A stretch of 64,000 nucleotides of DNA from an uncultured cyanobacterium (GTDB taxonomy: Bacteria > Cyanobacteriota > Cyanobacteriia > Pseudanabaenales > Pseudanabaenaceae). The position numbers were made by a program, and so were the translations under genes. Location: assembly GCA_963703315.1 (NCBI GenBank), contig OY969811.1, positions 3,040,001 to 3,104,000 of the forward strand. The letters are read 5' to 3'. The notes below the pieces were generated by a model that worked only from the letters and a program-made list of their open reading frames with translations, searched no databases and was not told the DNA's origin. Shown here in pieces: positions 49,650 to 61,005 of the stretch (position 1 is its first letter; the number at the start of each line of letters is the position of its first letter).

Positions 49650-50900
49650 ATGACATTAACCTATGAAAAGACTTTGGCAGAGCGGGTCAGAGCAGATTTT
49701 GAGATTTTGAATCAAGAGGTCAATGGTAAGCCCCTTATTTATTTTGACAATGCCGCCAGTTCGCAAAAGCCCAAAGCCGTAATCGATGCATGGAAATATT
49801 ATTACGAGCATGACAATGCCAATGTGCATCGCGGCGCACATACTCTCAGTGCCAGAGCCACCGATGCATACGAGGGAGCGCGAGAAAAAGTTGCTAGATT
49901 TGTGAATGCCAAGTCATCGCAAGAAATCATTTATACCCGTAATGCCAGTGAAGCAATAAATCTAGTTGCCTATACTTGGGGCTGGGCAAATCTGAAGACA
50001 GGTGATGAAGTTATTCTCTCAGTCATGGAGCATCACAGTAACATCGTTCCTTGGCAGTTGATTGCTCAGCGTACAGGTGCAGTCCTCAAATTTCTAGAAC
50101 CAAATGAGCAGGGAGAATTGAGTGTAGAGCAGTTCAAGTCCTTCCTGAATGCCAAAACAAAACTGGTGTCGCTTGTTCATGTTTCTAATACTCTCGGCTG
50201 CGTCAATCCAGTGGAAGCGATAATTCCTCTAGCCCATGCTCAGGGTGCGAAGGTGTTACTGGATGCTTGCCAGAGCGTTCCCCATATGCCGATAGATGTA
50301 CAAGCTCTAGATTGCGATTGGCTAGTAGCTTCAGGGCATAAAATGTGTGCGCCTACGGGAATTGGTTTTCTCTATGGAAAGCGTGACTTGTTGCTGGAAA
50401 TGCCGCCATTTATGGGTGGTGGCGAAATGATTTCTGAAGTATTTCTCGATCATTCTACCTACTCAGGTTTACCTCATAAGTTTGAAGCAGGAACCCCTGC
50501 GATTGGCGAAGCGATCGCCCTCGGTGCGGCGGTGGATTATTTAACAGCTATCGGCATGGATAAAATCCACGCCTATGAACAGGAATTAATTAACTACTTG
50601 ATGGATTATCTTGATGATATTCCCGACATCAAGGTATATGGGCCTCGTCATCATCGCGCAGGTTTAGCCGCCTTCACGATCGCGCATGGTATTCATGCCA
50701 ATGACCTATCGGCGCTACTAGATCAAGATGGAATCGCCATTCGGTCTGGACATCATTGCACACAGCCCTTACATCGCTTTTTAGGACTTAGTGGCACGGC
50801 AAGAGCCAGTGTCTATTTCTATAACACCAAAGCAGAAGTAGATACCTTTGTAGCTTCCCTAAAAGATGCGATCGCCTTTTTTAAAAGTGTCATGGCATAG
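49650..50900 (+). CDS. sufS: Cysteine desulfurase
   Basis: [22 protein letters not shown]. Confidence 0.96.
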   Translation: MTLTYEKTLAERVRADFEILNQEVNGKPLIYFDNAASSQKPKAVIDAWKYYYEHDNANVHRGAHTLSARATDAYEGAREKVARFVNAKSSQEIIYTRNASEAINLVAYTWGWANLKTGDEVILSVMEHHSNIVPWQLIAQRTGAVLKFLEPNEQGELSVEQFKSFLNAKTKLVSLVHVSNTLGCVNPVEAIIPLAHAQGAKVLLDACQSVPHMPIDVQALDCDWLVASGHKMCAPTGIGFLYGKRDLLLEMPPFMGGGEMISEVFLDHSTYSGLPHKFEAGTPAIGEAIALGAAVDYLTAIGMDKIHAYEQELINYLMDYLDDIPDIKVYGPRHHRAGLAAFTIAHGIHANDLSALLDQDGIAIRSGHHCTQPLHRFLGLSGTARASVYFYNTKAEVDTFVASLKDAIAFFKSVMA

Positions 50901-50904
50901 ACCT

Positions 50905-51468
50905 ATGGTAAGACTTATTCTATTAGGAGCTTCAGGATCGGGACGCACTACCCAAGCTTTGCGACTTCAGGCTTTGCTGAATATTCCTGTGATTTCAACT
51001 AGCGAAATTTTACGATTAGAAATTAGCACAGGCACAAATTTAGGGATAGAAGTTCAAAAATTTTTAGATGCAGGTGAACTCGTTCCCGATCTATTGATGA
51101 TTGCTCTGATGCGATTGCGACTTGGGATGGAAGATGCTCAGCGTGGATGGATTTTAGAAGGCTATCCGCGTACTGCTTTTCAGGCAGAAGAGCTAGATTT
51201 TTTGTTGCATGAGTTGGGCTGTCCTGTTGATCATGCGATTTATCTCAAAGCTTCTCAAGAAGTGTTAATGCAACGATCTCTATCGCGTGGTGGCTCTGAT
51301 GACACAATGGAAATCATCCAGAAACGGATTGAGCAATTCTTTGAGATGACTATTCCTCTCTTAGAATATTACGGTTATAAGCAGAAACTCCTAACAATCG
51401 ATGGTGATTGTGATGTAGCCACAGTCGGCACTCATCTAGAACATGGCATTAACCATTTACTTCAATAG
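50905..51468 (+). CDS. adk: Adenylate kinase-like protein
   Basis: GASGSGRTTQA, GELVPD, LEGYPRT; start moved to ATG 50905. Confidence 0.85.
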   Translation: MVRLILLGASGSGRTTQALRLQALLNIPVISTSEILRLEISTGTNLGIEVQKFLDAGELVPDLLMIALMRLRLGMEDAQRGWILEGYPRTAFQAEELDFLLHELGCPVDHAIYLKASQEVLMQRSLSRGGSDDTMEIIQKRIEQFFEMTIPLLEYYGYKQKLLTIDGDCDVATVGTHLEHGINHLLQ

Positions 51469-51482
51469 AACCTCTAGCCTTT

Positions 51483-52592
51483 ATGAGCCTTAGCCCAAAC
51501 CCAGAAAGAGCCTACTGGCTAGCATGGTCACAAGTACGTGGTATTGGACCAGTTTTAATCAAGCGGCTGTACCAAGCTTTTGGCTCAATGTCAGAAGCTT
51601 GGAAAGCCTTGCCCAGTGATTTACAAACGATCGAAGGTATCGGTGGTCAAACTCTAGAAACCATTCGCCAAGCACAACGGGAAGTGGAACCTCTGTCTCT
51701 ATTGGCAGTACATGAACACCACAATCTCAATTTCTGGACTCCCAGCGATCGCGAATATCCGCAGTTACTTTGGGAAATTCCCGATCCGCCGCCAATTCTC
51801 TATTATCACGGTCATCTCACTCATTGGAATGAACGCAATACAGTAGCGATCGTCGGTACACGCAACGCTACCCCCTATGGCAAGCGCTGGACTAAAAAAC
51901 TTGTCGCCGCCTTAGCCAATCGTGGCTTTACGATCATTTCGGGGATGGCAGAAGGTATTGATGGTGAAGCTCACAAGGCTTGTTTGGAAGTTGGCGGTCA
52001 AACCGTAGCCGTGGTGGGTACAGGAGTCGATCGCATTTATCCCCATAAGCACAAGTCTCTCTATGACCAGATTGTCGCTTCAGGACTAGTCATCAGTGAA
52101 TATCCTCAAGGCACTCCCCCCGATAAAACCCATTTTCCTGCCCGCAATCGGATTATTGCAGGACTCAGCCGCGTCACTCTCGTATTAGAAGCCCCAGAGC
52201 GATCAGGAGCCTTAATCACCGCCTATCAAGCCAATGAATATGGACGTGATGTCTATGCTCTGCCAAATTCACTAGAAGTGAACGAGGCAAAGGGTTGCTT
52301 GAAATTATTAGGTAAGGGCGCTCAGGCGATTTTGGGTGTGGATGAGTTATTGGAAGCTTTGGGAATGTTGCCGAATTTGGATCAGCCTAGTCCTGCGATC
52401 GCGATTAAAGAACTTCCTGTATTGCAACAAAATATTCTCCAAGCGATCGGTTTTGGTGATCCTGTAGGCTTAGATTGGATTGTCGAGCAGGTCAAAGCAC
52501 CTTCTGGCGAAGTTTTAGGGGCGCTTACCCATTTAGAACTTGTAGGGGCGATCGCGCCATACCCTGGAATGCGATACCAACGTTTAGTTTAA
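51483..52592 (+). CDS. dprA: DNA processing protein
   Basis: AIVGTR, SGMAEGIDG.AH, FPARNRIIAGLS. Confidence 0.96.
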   Translation: MSLSPNPERAYWLAWSQVRGIGPVLIKRLYQAFGSMSEAWKALPSDLQTIEGIGGQTLETIRQAQREVEPLSLLAVHEHHNLNFWTPSDREYPQLLWEIPDPPPILYYHGHLTHWNERNTVAIVGTRNATPYGKRWTKKLVAALANRGFTIISGMAEGIDGEAHKACLEVGGQTVAVVGTGVDRIYPHKHKSLYDQIVASGLVISEYPQGTPPDKTHFPARNRIIAGLSRVTLVLEAPERSGALITAYQANEYGRDVYALPNSLEVNEAKGCLKLLGKGAQAILGVDELLEALGMLPNLDQPSPAIAIKELPVLQQNILQAIGFGDPVGLDWIVEQVKAPSGEVLGALTHLELVGAIAPYPGMRYQRLV

Positions 52593-52777
52593 GAAATTTT
52601 TTGAAAGCGCCGCTTTGCGTATACAAGAAGTAATTGATAATTATCTCTAACTTTCTTGCTTAATGCATAATTTTCAAACTTATTAAACTGAAATAGTTAG
52701 TTGTTTTTAGTCTGTCTAACTAGATGTTTATATACCAACTAACTTGACATATTTGCTTTATAGTATGCCTTGAAAAA

Positions 52778-52994
52778 TAAGTAAGTAGACTTAATTAAAT
52801 ATATAGCTATAACCAAGCAAGTTAAAACATAAAACCCAAAAGAGAGTTGCGGCGCGAAGCGCCGCAACTCTCTTTTGGGTTTTGGTTCCGTCCTAACATA
52901 ACTGACTACAACTATAAAAGCCTAGAACTTATGACAAAGGCTGTGCTTGCGCCATAGGTTTTAGATCTGGTTCTTAATTATACTGAGCTACTTA
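52778..52994. repeat. Family A element with nested family B element (52802-52916)
   Basis: Inner AAAACCCAAAAGAGAGTTGCGGCGC-GAA-GCGCCGCAACTCTCTTTTGGGTTTT flanked by duplicated TA. Confidence 0.72.
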
Positions 52995-53186
52995 GTAGCT
53001 GTAATATGATTTATATAGAGAAAAACTGATATAACTCTCTAAATTTTTACTTCTCATTGATCAGCTAATTTACTTACCCTAAAATATGTTCAATACTTGA
53101 CACTATAGGCTAATCTTAAGACTAAGTGATGTGAGTGTAATTGCTTGTCTTAACAACAAGCAAATCTTTATAAGTAACAGCAAGCT

Positions 53187-55181
53187 ATGAGCGATCAAGA
53201 TCAACAAAAGAAACCAGAAAATATTAGCGATCGCGTTGAAGAGACTCCCGATCTCCAACAAAAGTCCAGCTTCCGCCCTAAACTCCGCTATGTACTAGTC
53301 ATGTTGTTTATGGGGTTAGTCCTAAGTGGGGCAGCCGCAAGAACTTGGCAGATGGTCGGTAAGCAAAAAACATCCATAGAACCAATCTCTCAAAATCCTA
53401 ATGATCCAATAAAACTCTTTGATCGCAATGGCTTGCCGCTTTTAAATCCGCAACCACCTAGTGATGCGGAGGTATGGGAATGTGATGTGGCAGTTGTTGG
53501 CGGCTCGTTAGGTGGTGTAGCCGCAGCATATCACTCGATGAAAACTGGAGCTACTACTTGTTTAATTGAGCTTACACCAATGCTAGGTGGTCAAGTTAGC
53601 TCACAGGGAGTCAGTGCGATCGATGAATCACTATTGATGCGCTATCGTCAGCAATTCCCCCTCAGTTGGACACATTTCAAAAATATTATTGCCAGCCAAC
53701 CAGCATTGCCAGATAAATATTCGTATTTGAAACCGGGGGCAGTGGTTGCAGATACGAATAGTTGCTGGGTTGGGAATCTCTGCTTTACGCCCTATTCAGG
53801 GGAATTAGCATCTGAAGAATTTTTGCGTGAGGCTCAGCGCTCAGCACCCAAGAGTCGGTGGGAAACCCAGATCGCCTTTAAGGGAGCTAGCTTTAATGAA
53901 AAAGGCGATCGCATTACCGCAATTCATGCAGTCAAGAGGATTCCCCTCGACCCCAACTATTTACCCCAAGGGCGCTTATCTCGCGAATTAAAAAGTTGGT
54001 TTAACTGGAACTCTGACGAAACCTTTAATAAAAAGCCAATCCGTTTGCAGCCGCCTGCTGGCAAACAAATGATAGTTATTGACTCTACCGATACTGCCGA
54101 ACTGATTGCTTGGGCAAATTTACCGCATCGCTTAGGAGCAGAAGGATTTGGGACAAATGGTGAAGTTCATGCAGTAGCTGACAATCCCGAATGTACTCAG
54201 GCATTTACTTTTCCCTTCGTCCTCAAAATTGCTGATGATGAAGGGCGATCGCTGAAGGAATTACGCAAAGTCCAACCGGGGTATTCTCGTGAAGAACATC
54301 GCAAAGATTATGACTTAGGCAGATTTCCGATGTTTGAAGGCAATAGTGTATTTAACTATCGCCGTATTGTCAGCATGAAACGGGATGACCCATTTAAAGC
54401 GACTCCTGCTAAAGGGGATATGACCGTGATTAACTGGAATCGCGGTAATGATTGGGGGATTATGAATCCACCTTTAATCTTGACTGACAAACAAATTCGT
54501 GACTCTGGTCAACAGCAAAACTGGCTCGGCGGTCTCAATACGACAGCACTGAAAGATGGGGAAAATCATGCCCTCTTATTTGCTGAATGGTTAATGGAAA
54601 AGTACGCTTCTCCTGAATTTCCATTGCGGATGATGTCAGGACCTGATAGCCCGATGCCAACCGATTCTGGGCTGAGTATGTATCCCTATATTCGTGAAGG
54701 TCGTCGCATTATCGGACGAGCCGCCTATGGTCAGAAAGAATTTATTATGCGTGAGCAAGATATTCGCAATGACATGGAAGATGGTCGTGACTTTACAAAA
54801 ACCTCGATTGGGCTGACTCACTATGCCATTGATATGCATGGTTGTCGCTATCGCAATTGGGAACCATCTAAATCGCCCAGTGCAGCTCCTGCTAATGAGG
54901 ACAAGGTAAGACCGATTATTCTGCCCTTTGAAAGCTTGATTCCGCAGCGTATCGATAATTTGCTGATGGGTGGTAAGGCGATCGCTGTTAGCCACATTGT
55001 TAATGGGGCAACGCGCATTCATGTGGGAGAGTGGTCAGCAGGAGCCGCCGCAGGAGCCGCTGCCGCTTGGATTGCCCTACAGGATGACCCAACTTTGACT
55101 CCGCAGGCAATTCTTGAGCGCGGTAGGATTGGCGAATTACAAACCCTATTAAAATCTCAAGGCACGATACTGCAATGGTAA
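53187..55181 (+). CDS. FAD-dependent oxidoreductase
   Basis: DVAVVGGSLGGVAAA, LGGQ.SSQGVSA.DE, PYIREGRR; N-terminal TM. Confidence 0.88.
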   Translation: MSDQDQQKKPENISDRVEETPDLQQKSSFRPKLRYVLVMLFMGLVLSGAAARTWQMVGKQKTSIEPISQNPNDPIKLFDRNGLPLLNPQPPSDAEVWECDVAVVGGSLGGVAAAYHSMKTGATTCLIELTPMLGGQVSSQGVSAIDESLLMRYRQQFPLSWTHFKNIIASQPALPDKYSYLKPGAVVADTNSCWVGNLCFTPYSGELASEEFLREAQRSAPKSRWETQIAFKGASFNEKGDRITAIHAVKRIPLDPNYLPQGRLSRELKSWFNWNSDETFNKKPIRLQPPAGKQMIVIDSTDTAELIAWANLPHRLGAEGFGTNGEVHAVADNPECTQAFTFPFVLKIADDEGRSLKELRKVQPGYSREEHRKDYDLGRFPMFEGNSVFNYRRIVSMKRDDPFKATPAKGDMTVINWNRGNDWGIMNPPLILTDKQIRDSGQQQNWLGGLNTTALKDGENHALLFAEWLMEKYASPEFPLRMMSGPDSPMPTDSGLSMYPYIREGRRIIGRAAYGQKEFIMREQDIRNDMEDGRDFTKTSIGLTHYAIDMHGCRYRNWEPSKSPSAAPANEDKVRPIILPFESLIPQRIDNLLMGGKAIAVSHIVNGATRIHVGEWSAGAAAGAAAAWIALQDDPTLTPQAILERGRIGELQTLLKSQGTILQW

Positions 55182-55222
55182 ACAAATAGAGGGGCGGCGC
55201 AAAGCGCCACCACTCTATTTGT

Positions 55223-55543
55223 TTACGTTTGAGGCTTACTGAAGAGAGAAGTAAACACTTGCTTAATCGTTAGTAATACTAATCCCAAGGCAATTACCCC
55301 AAAAATCATGGTTGCACCTGTACCGATCGCCAACAATGCGGTGCGAACCAGCGTCGCCACCCGATTAGCAAGGGTATTTGTGGTTTGTAGAGGTGCGGAA
55401 GCAAGCTTGTGTGCCACCATATTGGTAAAAGCATAGAGTCCCGTAGCAAGAGTGGCAGAGATGAGCGCTCCTGTGAGGTTTTTGAAGGGAGAGGGTGATG
55501 CTTCGGGAGAGGATGGAGATGGAAGTCTGGCTTCTTTAGACAT
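55223..55543 (-). CDS. DUF3082-like membrane protein
   Basis: Two TMs, LVRT...G...AT.IFG...LGL.LL. Confidence 0.7.
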   Translation of the reverse strand: MSKEARLPSPSSPEASPSPFKNLTGALISATLATGLYAFTNMVAHKLASAPLQTTNTLANRVATLVRTALLAIGTGATMIFGVIALGLVLLTIKQVFTSLFSKPQT

Positions 55544-55992
55544 ATAGAGACTGGCAAAATATAATACTAATTTAAAAAATGGCGTTGCCATCTTTTAAAC
55601 TTCAAAACCTTACTAGGTTTATTTTTTAATTTATTGAAGTGTTGACTCACTTCAGTGAATTGGGATAAAAGCATATAGAGGTGCGATACACTTCTATATG
55701 CTTTTAGGTATTGCGACTAGTGATCGCAAAAAAATCATTAAAAGCGGTAAAAATCTTAATATCTTTGACCACAAAATGATTTAAGATATCGGCACTCAAC
55801 ACAAAAATGCTAGTCCCACTGGAAGCAGTGGGATTTTTTTTTGTACTTTTATCATTGCACAAAATGTTTGTGTGGTGCGATAACAAATTTAGAGAAGTAA
55901 GTAGCTAGGCGCAACGAAATATAAAACCAAAAAAAATGTGGCGCACGCGCAGCGTGCGCCACATTTTTTTGCTCTGAATCATCAAAGAAGAA

Positions 55993-57012
55993 TTAGATTG
56001 AATAATCTAGAGGGAAAGACTTAGTATCTTTAGGTTCGATATGGACATACTGCTGTGGTTGTAACTTCAACTCATCAAAGCGATCGCGCGTAATATGAGC
56101 AGTTAAAACCTGTCCATCACCTAGCACCAACTCAGCTTGGACTTCCCAACCAAGATGGATCAGGCGATTGATTCGTGCTGATACAGATGTGTTAGTTGGT
56201 TCAGTCTCAATTAAAATATCGCGAGGACGAATGTACATATCCTCTCTAACATTATGAACTTTATGAAGTTCACTATAGCGATCGCTATTTGCGGGAAGTA
56301 CATTCACAGAACCAATAAAGCTCATCACAAAGGGAGTCGCGGGATTGTCATAAACGTTCGCAGGTGAGCCAATCTGCTCGATTTTGCCTTTATTCATCAC
56401 CACGATTTCATCAGCTACTTCCATTGCCTCTTCTTGATCATGAGTTACAAATACAGTAGTTACGTGAACTTCATCATGAAGACGACGTAGCCATGCCCGC
56501 AAATCCTTACGGACTTTAGCATCTAAAGCTCCAAAAGGCTCATCAAGGAGTAATACACTTGGCTCTACAGCTAAGGCACGAGCGAGAGCAACCCTTTGGC
56601 GCTGTCCACCTGAAAGTTGAGAAGGATAACGGTTGCCTAAACCTTTCAACTGGATTAGTTCTAATAATTCTTCAACGCGATCGGCAATTTTGGCTTTAGG
56701 CTGGTTACGAATTTCCAAGCCAAAGGCGATATTTTTGCGGACAGTCATGTGCTTGAAAAGCGCGTAATGCTGAAATACAAAGCCAATGTTGCGATCGCGC
56801 ACATCTTGATCGGTAGCATCCTTACCTGTGAGAAAGATTTTTCCGTGATCGGGAGTTTCTAGACCTGCAATTAGTCTTAAGAGGGTAGACTTACCAGAAC
56901 CAGAAGGACCTAATAACGCAACCAATGAGCCAGTTTTGACTTCAAGATTGATATTGTCTAGGGCTAAAAAATCACCAAATCGCTTATTTACATTCTCTAC
57001 AACAATGCCCAC
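55993..57012 (-). CDS. cysA: Sulfate ABC transporter ATP-binding subunit
   Basis: [43 protein letters not shown]. Confidence 0.95.
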   Translation of the reverse strand: MGIVVENVNKRFGDFLALDNINLEVKTGSLVALLGPSGSGKSTLLRLIAGLETPDHGKIFLTGKDATDQDVRDRNIGFVFQHYALFKHMTVRKNIAFGLEIRNQPKAKIADRVEELLELIQLKGLGNRYPSQLSGGQRQRVALARALAVEPSVLLLDEPFGALDAKVRKDLRAWLRRLHDEVHVTTVFVTHDQEEAMEVADEIVVMNKGKIEQIGSPANVYDNPATPFVMSFIGSVNVLPANSDRYSELHKVHNVREDMYIRPRDILIETEPTNTSVSARINRLIHLGWEVQAELVLGDGQVLTAHITRDRFDELKLQPQQYVHIEPKDTKSFPLDYSI

Positions 57013-57083
57013 GTTGCACTTGCCTCAATTAAAAAAATCTAATTAAAAAATCTTATTTTGACTTCATCGACTTTGTACATCGT

Positions 57084-57187
57084 TAAGTAGCTAAGCGCAA
57101 TTAAATATAAAACCCCAAAACCTGTGGCGCACACTGCGCGTGCGCCACAGGTTTCGGCTCTGGTTTTTAATTATGCCCAGCTACTTA
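57084..57187. repeat. Family A mini-element
   Basis: TAAGTAGCT...AGCTACTTA ends; related element at 57354-57450. Confidence 0.75.
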
Positions 57188-57571
57188 ATGATGTTGCATT
57201 CACAAAACCACAGTTAACCTGTGTATTTACCGTTGATTACATATAATCATAATACACTCTAATTTGCCTGATTGACTGACAAATCTTACCCACAAATAGG
57301 CAAGATGCCCGTTCCACTAAAAGCGTGGCACTAATCGCCATTTTTAGTTTTGGTAAGTAGGCGGGTTTAATTCAGATTTAAAAGCTATAACACAGGCTGT
57401 GCCTGTGTTATAGCTTTTAAATCTGGGGTTTAATTATGCCGAGATACTTAATAACATGACAGTAAATTACGATTTATCGCTAAAGTGGATACATAGAACA
57501 CCGACAAACTATTGAGAAATTGTGGGGAATTGTGGCTCGTCTTCAAGAATTTTCACAATTTCCTGTAATTT

Positions 57572-59128
57572 ATGATTATGAGACCAACTGCATTTATTCC
57601 AATCACCGTATTCATACTTACTCTTGCTTTGCTAGGGTGGGGATATTTTCGTTCCCGCAAGTTTGGCAAGCTGGGGTTACTGTCTTGGCTACAATTTGTT
57701 TCCCTAATGTCGCCTTGGCTAGTTTACTTTGGCTTGTTTGTGTCAGGTGTTTTTATAAATTTCACAACGCTATTATTTTTATTAGTTAGCTCGACGATCG
57801 CCTATGTCCTGATTGGCAATCAATTGCGTAAGGTTGCCTCAGTCGAGAGAGAAGCGATCGAGCAGAAATTAAGACAGGATCTGGAAACGTCGGGAGAACA
57901 ACTCAACACTGCCAACAATCCAATTAATAACTCACCCATTAATTCGCCTATTGCGATCGCGATGTCGCAGGGTAAGACACAGCTAAAACTGTTTAAGGCT
58001 TTGCCTATGGAGGATCTCAAGTTAATCCAAGGAATCTTTGGCATTGAAACCTATTACGTTACCGAAACAATTCCCTATCAAGAGGGAGTAATTTTAAAAG
58101 GTAATTTGCGGGGAGAGCCTGATGTGGTACACGATCGCTTGACCCAATCCCTAAGCGATCGCCTCGGTGACAAATACAATCTGTTTTTAGTGGAAGGTCA
58201 AGATCGTAAGCCTGTCGTGATCGTGCTGCCTAGTCGAGCTATTTTTAATAATGATACGATTCCTCAAAAAATATTAATTGCTGTATTAATTTTTGCCAAT
58301 ATCTACACATCGCTCAGTTTGGGAGCTTTAGTTGCAGGGATTCCTGTAGTCCAAAATCCTCAAGAATATTTAGTAGGATTACCCTTTGCTCTGGGTATTG
58401 GTGCGATTTTGACATTACGCGAGTTGTCGATGCGATGGATGGCAGGCAAATATAAGGTGAAGATGAGTTTGCCATTTTTACTACCTTCTTCACAGTTAGG
58501 TTCCTTTGGCTCATTTAGTCGCATTGTGTCCCCCTTACCGAACCGTGTCGCCTTGTTTGATATCGCGATCGCCCCAGTAGTGGTGAGTGGATTGTTATCT
58601 TTGGTGCTGCTGCTAGTGGGTTTACAACTTTCAGCGATCGGGATGGGAAGTATTGATATTCCTAGCCAAATTTTCCAATCATCAGTACTAGCAGGAACCT
58701 TAGCCAAACTATTTCTCGGTGAGGCATTACATTCTAACTTTGTCTCAATTCATCCGTTAGTTGTGTTGGGATGGCTCGGCTCCACCATTACGGCGCTAAA
58801 CTTAATGCCCGCAGGACAGCTTGATGGCGGCAGGATTGTGCAATCTATGTATGGACGAAGGACGGCTAGTTGGACGACGGTAGTGACATTGGTTTTCTTA
58901 GTGATTGCCACAGTGATTAACCCCTTAGCACTTTATTGGGGGGGGATTGTCTTAATTCTGTTGCGAGATTTGGAACGTCCGATGTTGAATGAGCTTTCAG
59001 AACTTGATGGCGATCGCGAAGCTTTGGGAATGGTAGCTCTATTTTGGATGCTAATCACTCTATTACCACTTACCTCTGGTGTCGCTGAACGACTAGGTAT
59101 TGGTAGTGTTGGTGGACTCTTACCATAA
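57572..59128 (+). CDS. Site-2 protease (M50) family protein with degenerate zinc motif
   Basis: NLMPAGQLDGG present; HExxH position reads RELSM. Confidence 0.85.
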   Translation: MIMRPTAFIPITVFILTLALLGWGYFRSRKFGKLGLLSWLQFVSLMSPWLVYFGLFVSGVFINFTTLLFLLVSSTIAYVLIGNQLRKVASVEREAIEQKLRQDLETSGEQLNTANNPINNSPINSPIAIAMSQGKTQLKLFKALPMEDLKLIQGIFGIETYYVTETIPYQEGVILKGNLRGEPDVVHDRLTQSLSDRLGDKYNLFLVEGQDRKPVVIVLPSRAIFNNDTIPQKILIAVLIFANIYTSLSLGALVAGIPVVQNPQEYLVGLPFALGIGAILTLRELSMRWMAGKYKVKMSLPFLLPSSQLGSFGSFSRIVSPLPNRVALFDIAIAPVVVSGLLSLVLLLVGLQLSAIGMGSIDIPSQIFQSSVLAGTLAKLFLGEALHSNFVSIHPLVVLGWLGSTITALNLMPAGQLDGGRIVQSMYGRRTASWTTVVTLVFLVIATVINPLALYWGGIVLILLRDLERPMLNELSELDGDREALGMVALFWMLITLLPLTSGVAERLGIGSVGGLLP

Positions 59129-59159
59129 ACAAAAAGCGGCGCATCGCGCCGCTTTTTGT

Positions 59160-60110
59160 TTATGATCTGAATTCTGCAAAAATCTTATTGAGAATATCTT
59201 GAGCGCCTTTGTCCTTAAGTTGATGAGCTAGCTCCATACCAATTTGATCAGGCTTTGTCAATTCACCTGTCACTTCTCCTTTCACAAAAGTCTGACCATC
59301 GAGGCTAGCGACAATTCCTTTTAGAGTAAGCTGATCGCCATTAATGGAAGTATTCACACCGATGGGAACTTGGCAACCGCCTTCTAGTTCACGCAAGAAG
59401 GAACGCTCTGCTAGACAGCGTTGGGTGGTCGGATAGTGGATAATTGGTGCAAACAAAGCCAAGATTTCAGGATCTTCGGCACGACATTCGATACCCAATG
59501 CACCTTGTCCAACGGCATGGAGCGAGATTTCTGGATCAATCACTTCGTGGACGCGATCGCCAAATCCTAGACGCCGTAAACCTGCGGCAGCAAGAATCAG
59601 CGCATCATACTCACCTGAGTCTAACTTTTGTAACCGAGTATTGAGATTACCGCGTACATCTTTAAATGTGAGGTGAGGATAGTAATGACGCAACTGAGCA
59701 AGGCGACGTAATGATGATGTGCCAACAACAGTACCAGCAGGTAAGGTGGCAAGGGTTTTGTCCTTTAGCTTTTCATGGACAACTAAGGCATCGGCGGGAT
59801 CTTCCCTCTCCGTAATTGCACCGAGGATCAGCCCTTCAGGTAAATTAGTTGGTAAATCTTTAAGACTATGTACGGCAAAGTCTGACTCTTTCGTCAGCAT
59901 TGATACTTCTAATTCTTTGGTAAATAAGCCCTTATCACCAATTTTAGCAAGAGCTACGTCAAGGATTTTATCCCCCTGTGTACTCATGGTAACAACTTCA
60001 AACTGGTGATCGGGGTGTGCTTTACTTAGTTCCGCTTGTACCCAATGCGTTTGTACCAGTGCTAGCTGACTTTTGCGAGAACTAATGCGAACTGTTGAGG
60101 ATGCAACCAT
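59160..60110 (-). CDS. hemC: Hydroxymethylbilane synthase
   Basis: [30 protein letters not shown]. Confidence 0.98.
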   Translation of the reverse strand: MVASSTVRISSRKSQLALVQTHWVQAELSKAHPDHQFEVVTMSTQGDKILDVALAKIGDKGLFTKELEVSMLTKESDFAVHSLKDLPTNLPEGLILGAITEREDPADALVVHEKLKDKTLATLPAGTVVGTSSLRRLAQLRHYYPHLTFKDVRGNLNTRLQKLDSGEYDALILAAAGLRRLGFGDRVHEVIDPEISLHAVGQGALGIECRAEDPEILALFAPIIHYPTTQRCLAERSFLRELEGGCQVPIGVNTSINGDQLTLKGIVASLDGQTFVKGEVTGELTKPDQIGMELAHQLKDKGAQDILNKIFAEFRS

Positions 60111-60318
60111 AGGACAGACTAATTAATATAAAAAATAACAGTATTTAAAGGTGGGTAAGGACGGCGCTTTGCGCTGTCCTTGCGTAATTAAAAGCACTAT
60201 TTTCTATTCAAACAGGTTTTGCTACGGTTTCTATGCGATCGCCTAGTTGCAAAATGTAAAGAATTCTTACATGAAGTATTAAAAACTGATGACGCAAGCG
60301 CAGCTTGCGTCATCAGTT

Positions 60319-60927
60319 TTAGAATTGGGTTTGCTCAAACTGCACTGGTTTATATAAATCACTAACGGCGATTTCTAGATTTACGGACTTTAAGAACAGG
60401 CGATCGCTTAAGCCATATTCCGAAAACAACCATTTACCATCTTGATTGCGCTGAAATACTTCTACGATTGGTTGCTCGACTTGGACTAGGACATATTCTT
60501 GTAAGCTATCAAATTTGCGATATTGCGAAAACTTAAAGCCGCGTTCGCGTAGCGTCTCTGAAAGAGATTCGTAGGCTTCGGTAGAGGGTGAAAGCACTTC
60601 GATAATTAGACAAGGAAATAATACTAACTGCGCTTCGGTATCGCGTTGGTCACAGGTAACTACCACATCAGGATAGAAATATTTTCGGCTTGGCTCGACT
60701 TGGACTTTGACATCAGCTATGTAAACTTCACAGGTGCGATCGGCTAAACCGTTATCCAACACTTTAAAAAAGTTAAGTGCAACTCGATTATGGTTGCGCG
60801 TACCACCAGCCTTAGCGATCGCTTCCCCATTGAAATATTCATGGCGGGTTTCTTGGGTTGACTCCCACGCAAGATATTCTTCGTAACTCATCAAGAGGCG
60901 ATCGCTTAAGGCAACCATAACTGGCAT
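60319..60927 (-). CDS. Uma2 family endonuclease with an 8-aa in-frame insertion
   Basis: YFYPDVVVTC, IEVLSPSTEAY[ESLSETLRE]RG.KF. Confidence 0.9.
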   Translation of the reverse strand: MPVMVALSDRLLMSYEEYLAWESTQETRHEYFNGEAIAKAGGTRNHNRVALNFFKVLDNGLADRTCEVYIADVKVQVEPSRKYFYPDVVVTCDQRDTEAQLVLFPCLIIEVLSPSTEAYESLSETLRERGFKFSQYRKFDSLQEYVLVQVEQPIVEVFQRNQDGKWLFSEYGLSDRLFLKSVNLEIAVSDLYKPVQFEQTQF

Positions 60928-61005
60928 TTAGAAAAATGGTTTGCAGTTTAATTTTAGCCCAAGGATTTTTAATGGCGCGGCTTTGCCGCGCCATTAAAAA
61001 TTTGG

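Noticed and set aside
52541..52552. TGTAGGGGCGAT in dprA as a further IS110 target or REP
   Set aside because: Three mismatches to the left target guide and no REP body
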